Translations under genes and position numbers: made by a program
In this document: positions 7,561 through 8,058 of the stretch, piece by piece
Position numbering within the stretch: position 1 is the first letter of the stretch
How the letters are laid out: every line of letters starts with the position of its first letter
Notes under the pieces: model-generated
Seen by the model: only the letters and a program-made list of their open reading frames with translations
Database searches by the model: none
Told to the model about the DNA's origin: nothing
Source of the DNA: Azolla caroliniana
Lineage: Eukaryota; Plantae; Polypodiophyta
DNA: 8,058 nucleotides
NCBI GenBank assembly: GCA_043228905.1
Contig: JBHGNT010001465.1
Location: forward strand, 1 to 8,058
Reading direction: 5' to 3'

Positions 7561-8058
7561 ATATATCTTCAACGAAAAGACTCATTCCATTTAATATGTT
7601 CCATTTTTTGTAATGTGTATTTATTCTCTTCCTTGTAGTTTATTAGGTATCTGTCAGAAATGTCACCTCTTATGACATTATACTAGGTTACATTGAAGAA
7701 CCCTCATAGATGTAGAACAATAAAGAGAATGTAAACCTTTATACCTTGTGAGGTGTGAAAGAAACATATTTGTAATGGTGAAACTATAAATAAGGAAGAA
7801 CTAAAAAAGTGAGACTATAAACCTTTAGTACGGGTTCTTCTTGATTGTAATCCCTAGAGCTAGAGGTTAAACCTATTTTTCTATCTATAGTGACTTTCTT
7901 ATCTCAAACAATAAGCCTAATTGTTGAATTTAGCCCAAATCTTAAATTGAACCATATGGATTAATGGAAGCTTAAACGTGTCATAATTTCTCATCTTTTT
8001 GCTTTTCAAACGAGTGCTTGGGTTGTAGCCTTTCTTAACTTTCTCTAAGGTTATGGTG

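Overview
Eukaryotic (land-plant-type) genomic DNA, not prokaryotic. Bases 1-2654 carry the 5' part of an intron-containing pyruvate decarboxylase (PDC) gene on the minus strand. Exon 1 is 2654-2151, exon 2 is 1008-845, and exon 3 runs from 495 off the window edge; all junctions are GT-AG and phase-consistent. The promoter has an exact match to the hypoxia-responsive HRPE consensus, and there is a telo-box just upstream of the ATG. Intron 1 is the most unusual part. Its 5' half is a 43/47-bp alternating (90-bp higher-order) minisatellite that begins at the splice donor and reiterates donor-like motifs and their complements. Its 3' end has a duplicated copy of the acceptor and exon 2 start 120 bp upstream, which leads directly into a stop codon. 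The upstream region is AT-rich with small tandem duplications, and about 6330-7560 is a heavily decayed non-LTR retrotransposon (LINE) reverse transcriptase on the minus strand that the ORF track misses. I see no convincing novel multi-gene system; the best candidate for undescribed biology is splice-site decoy architecture in PDC intron 1.
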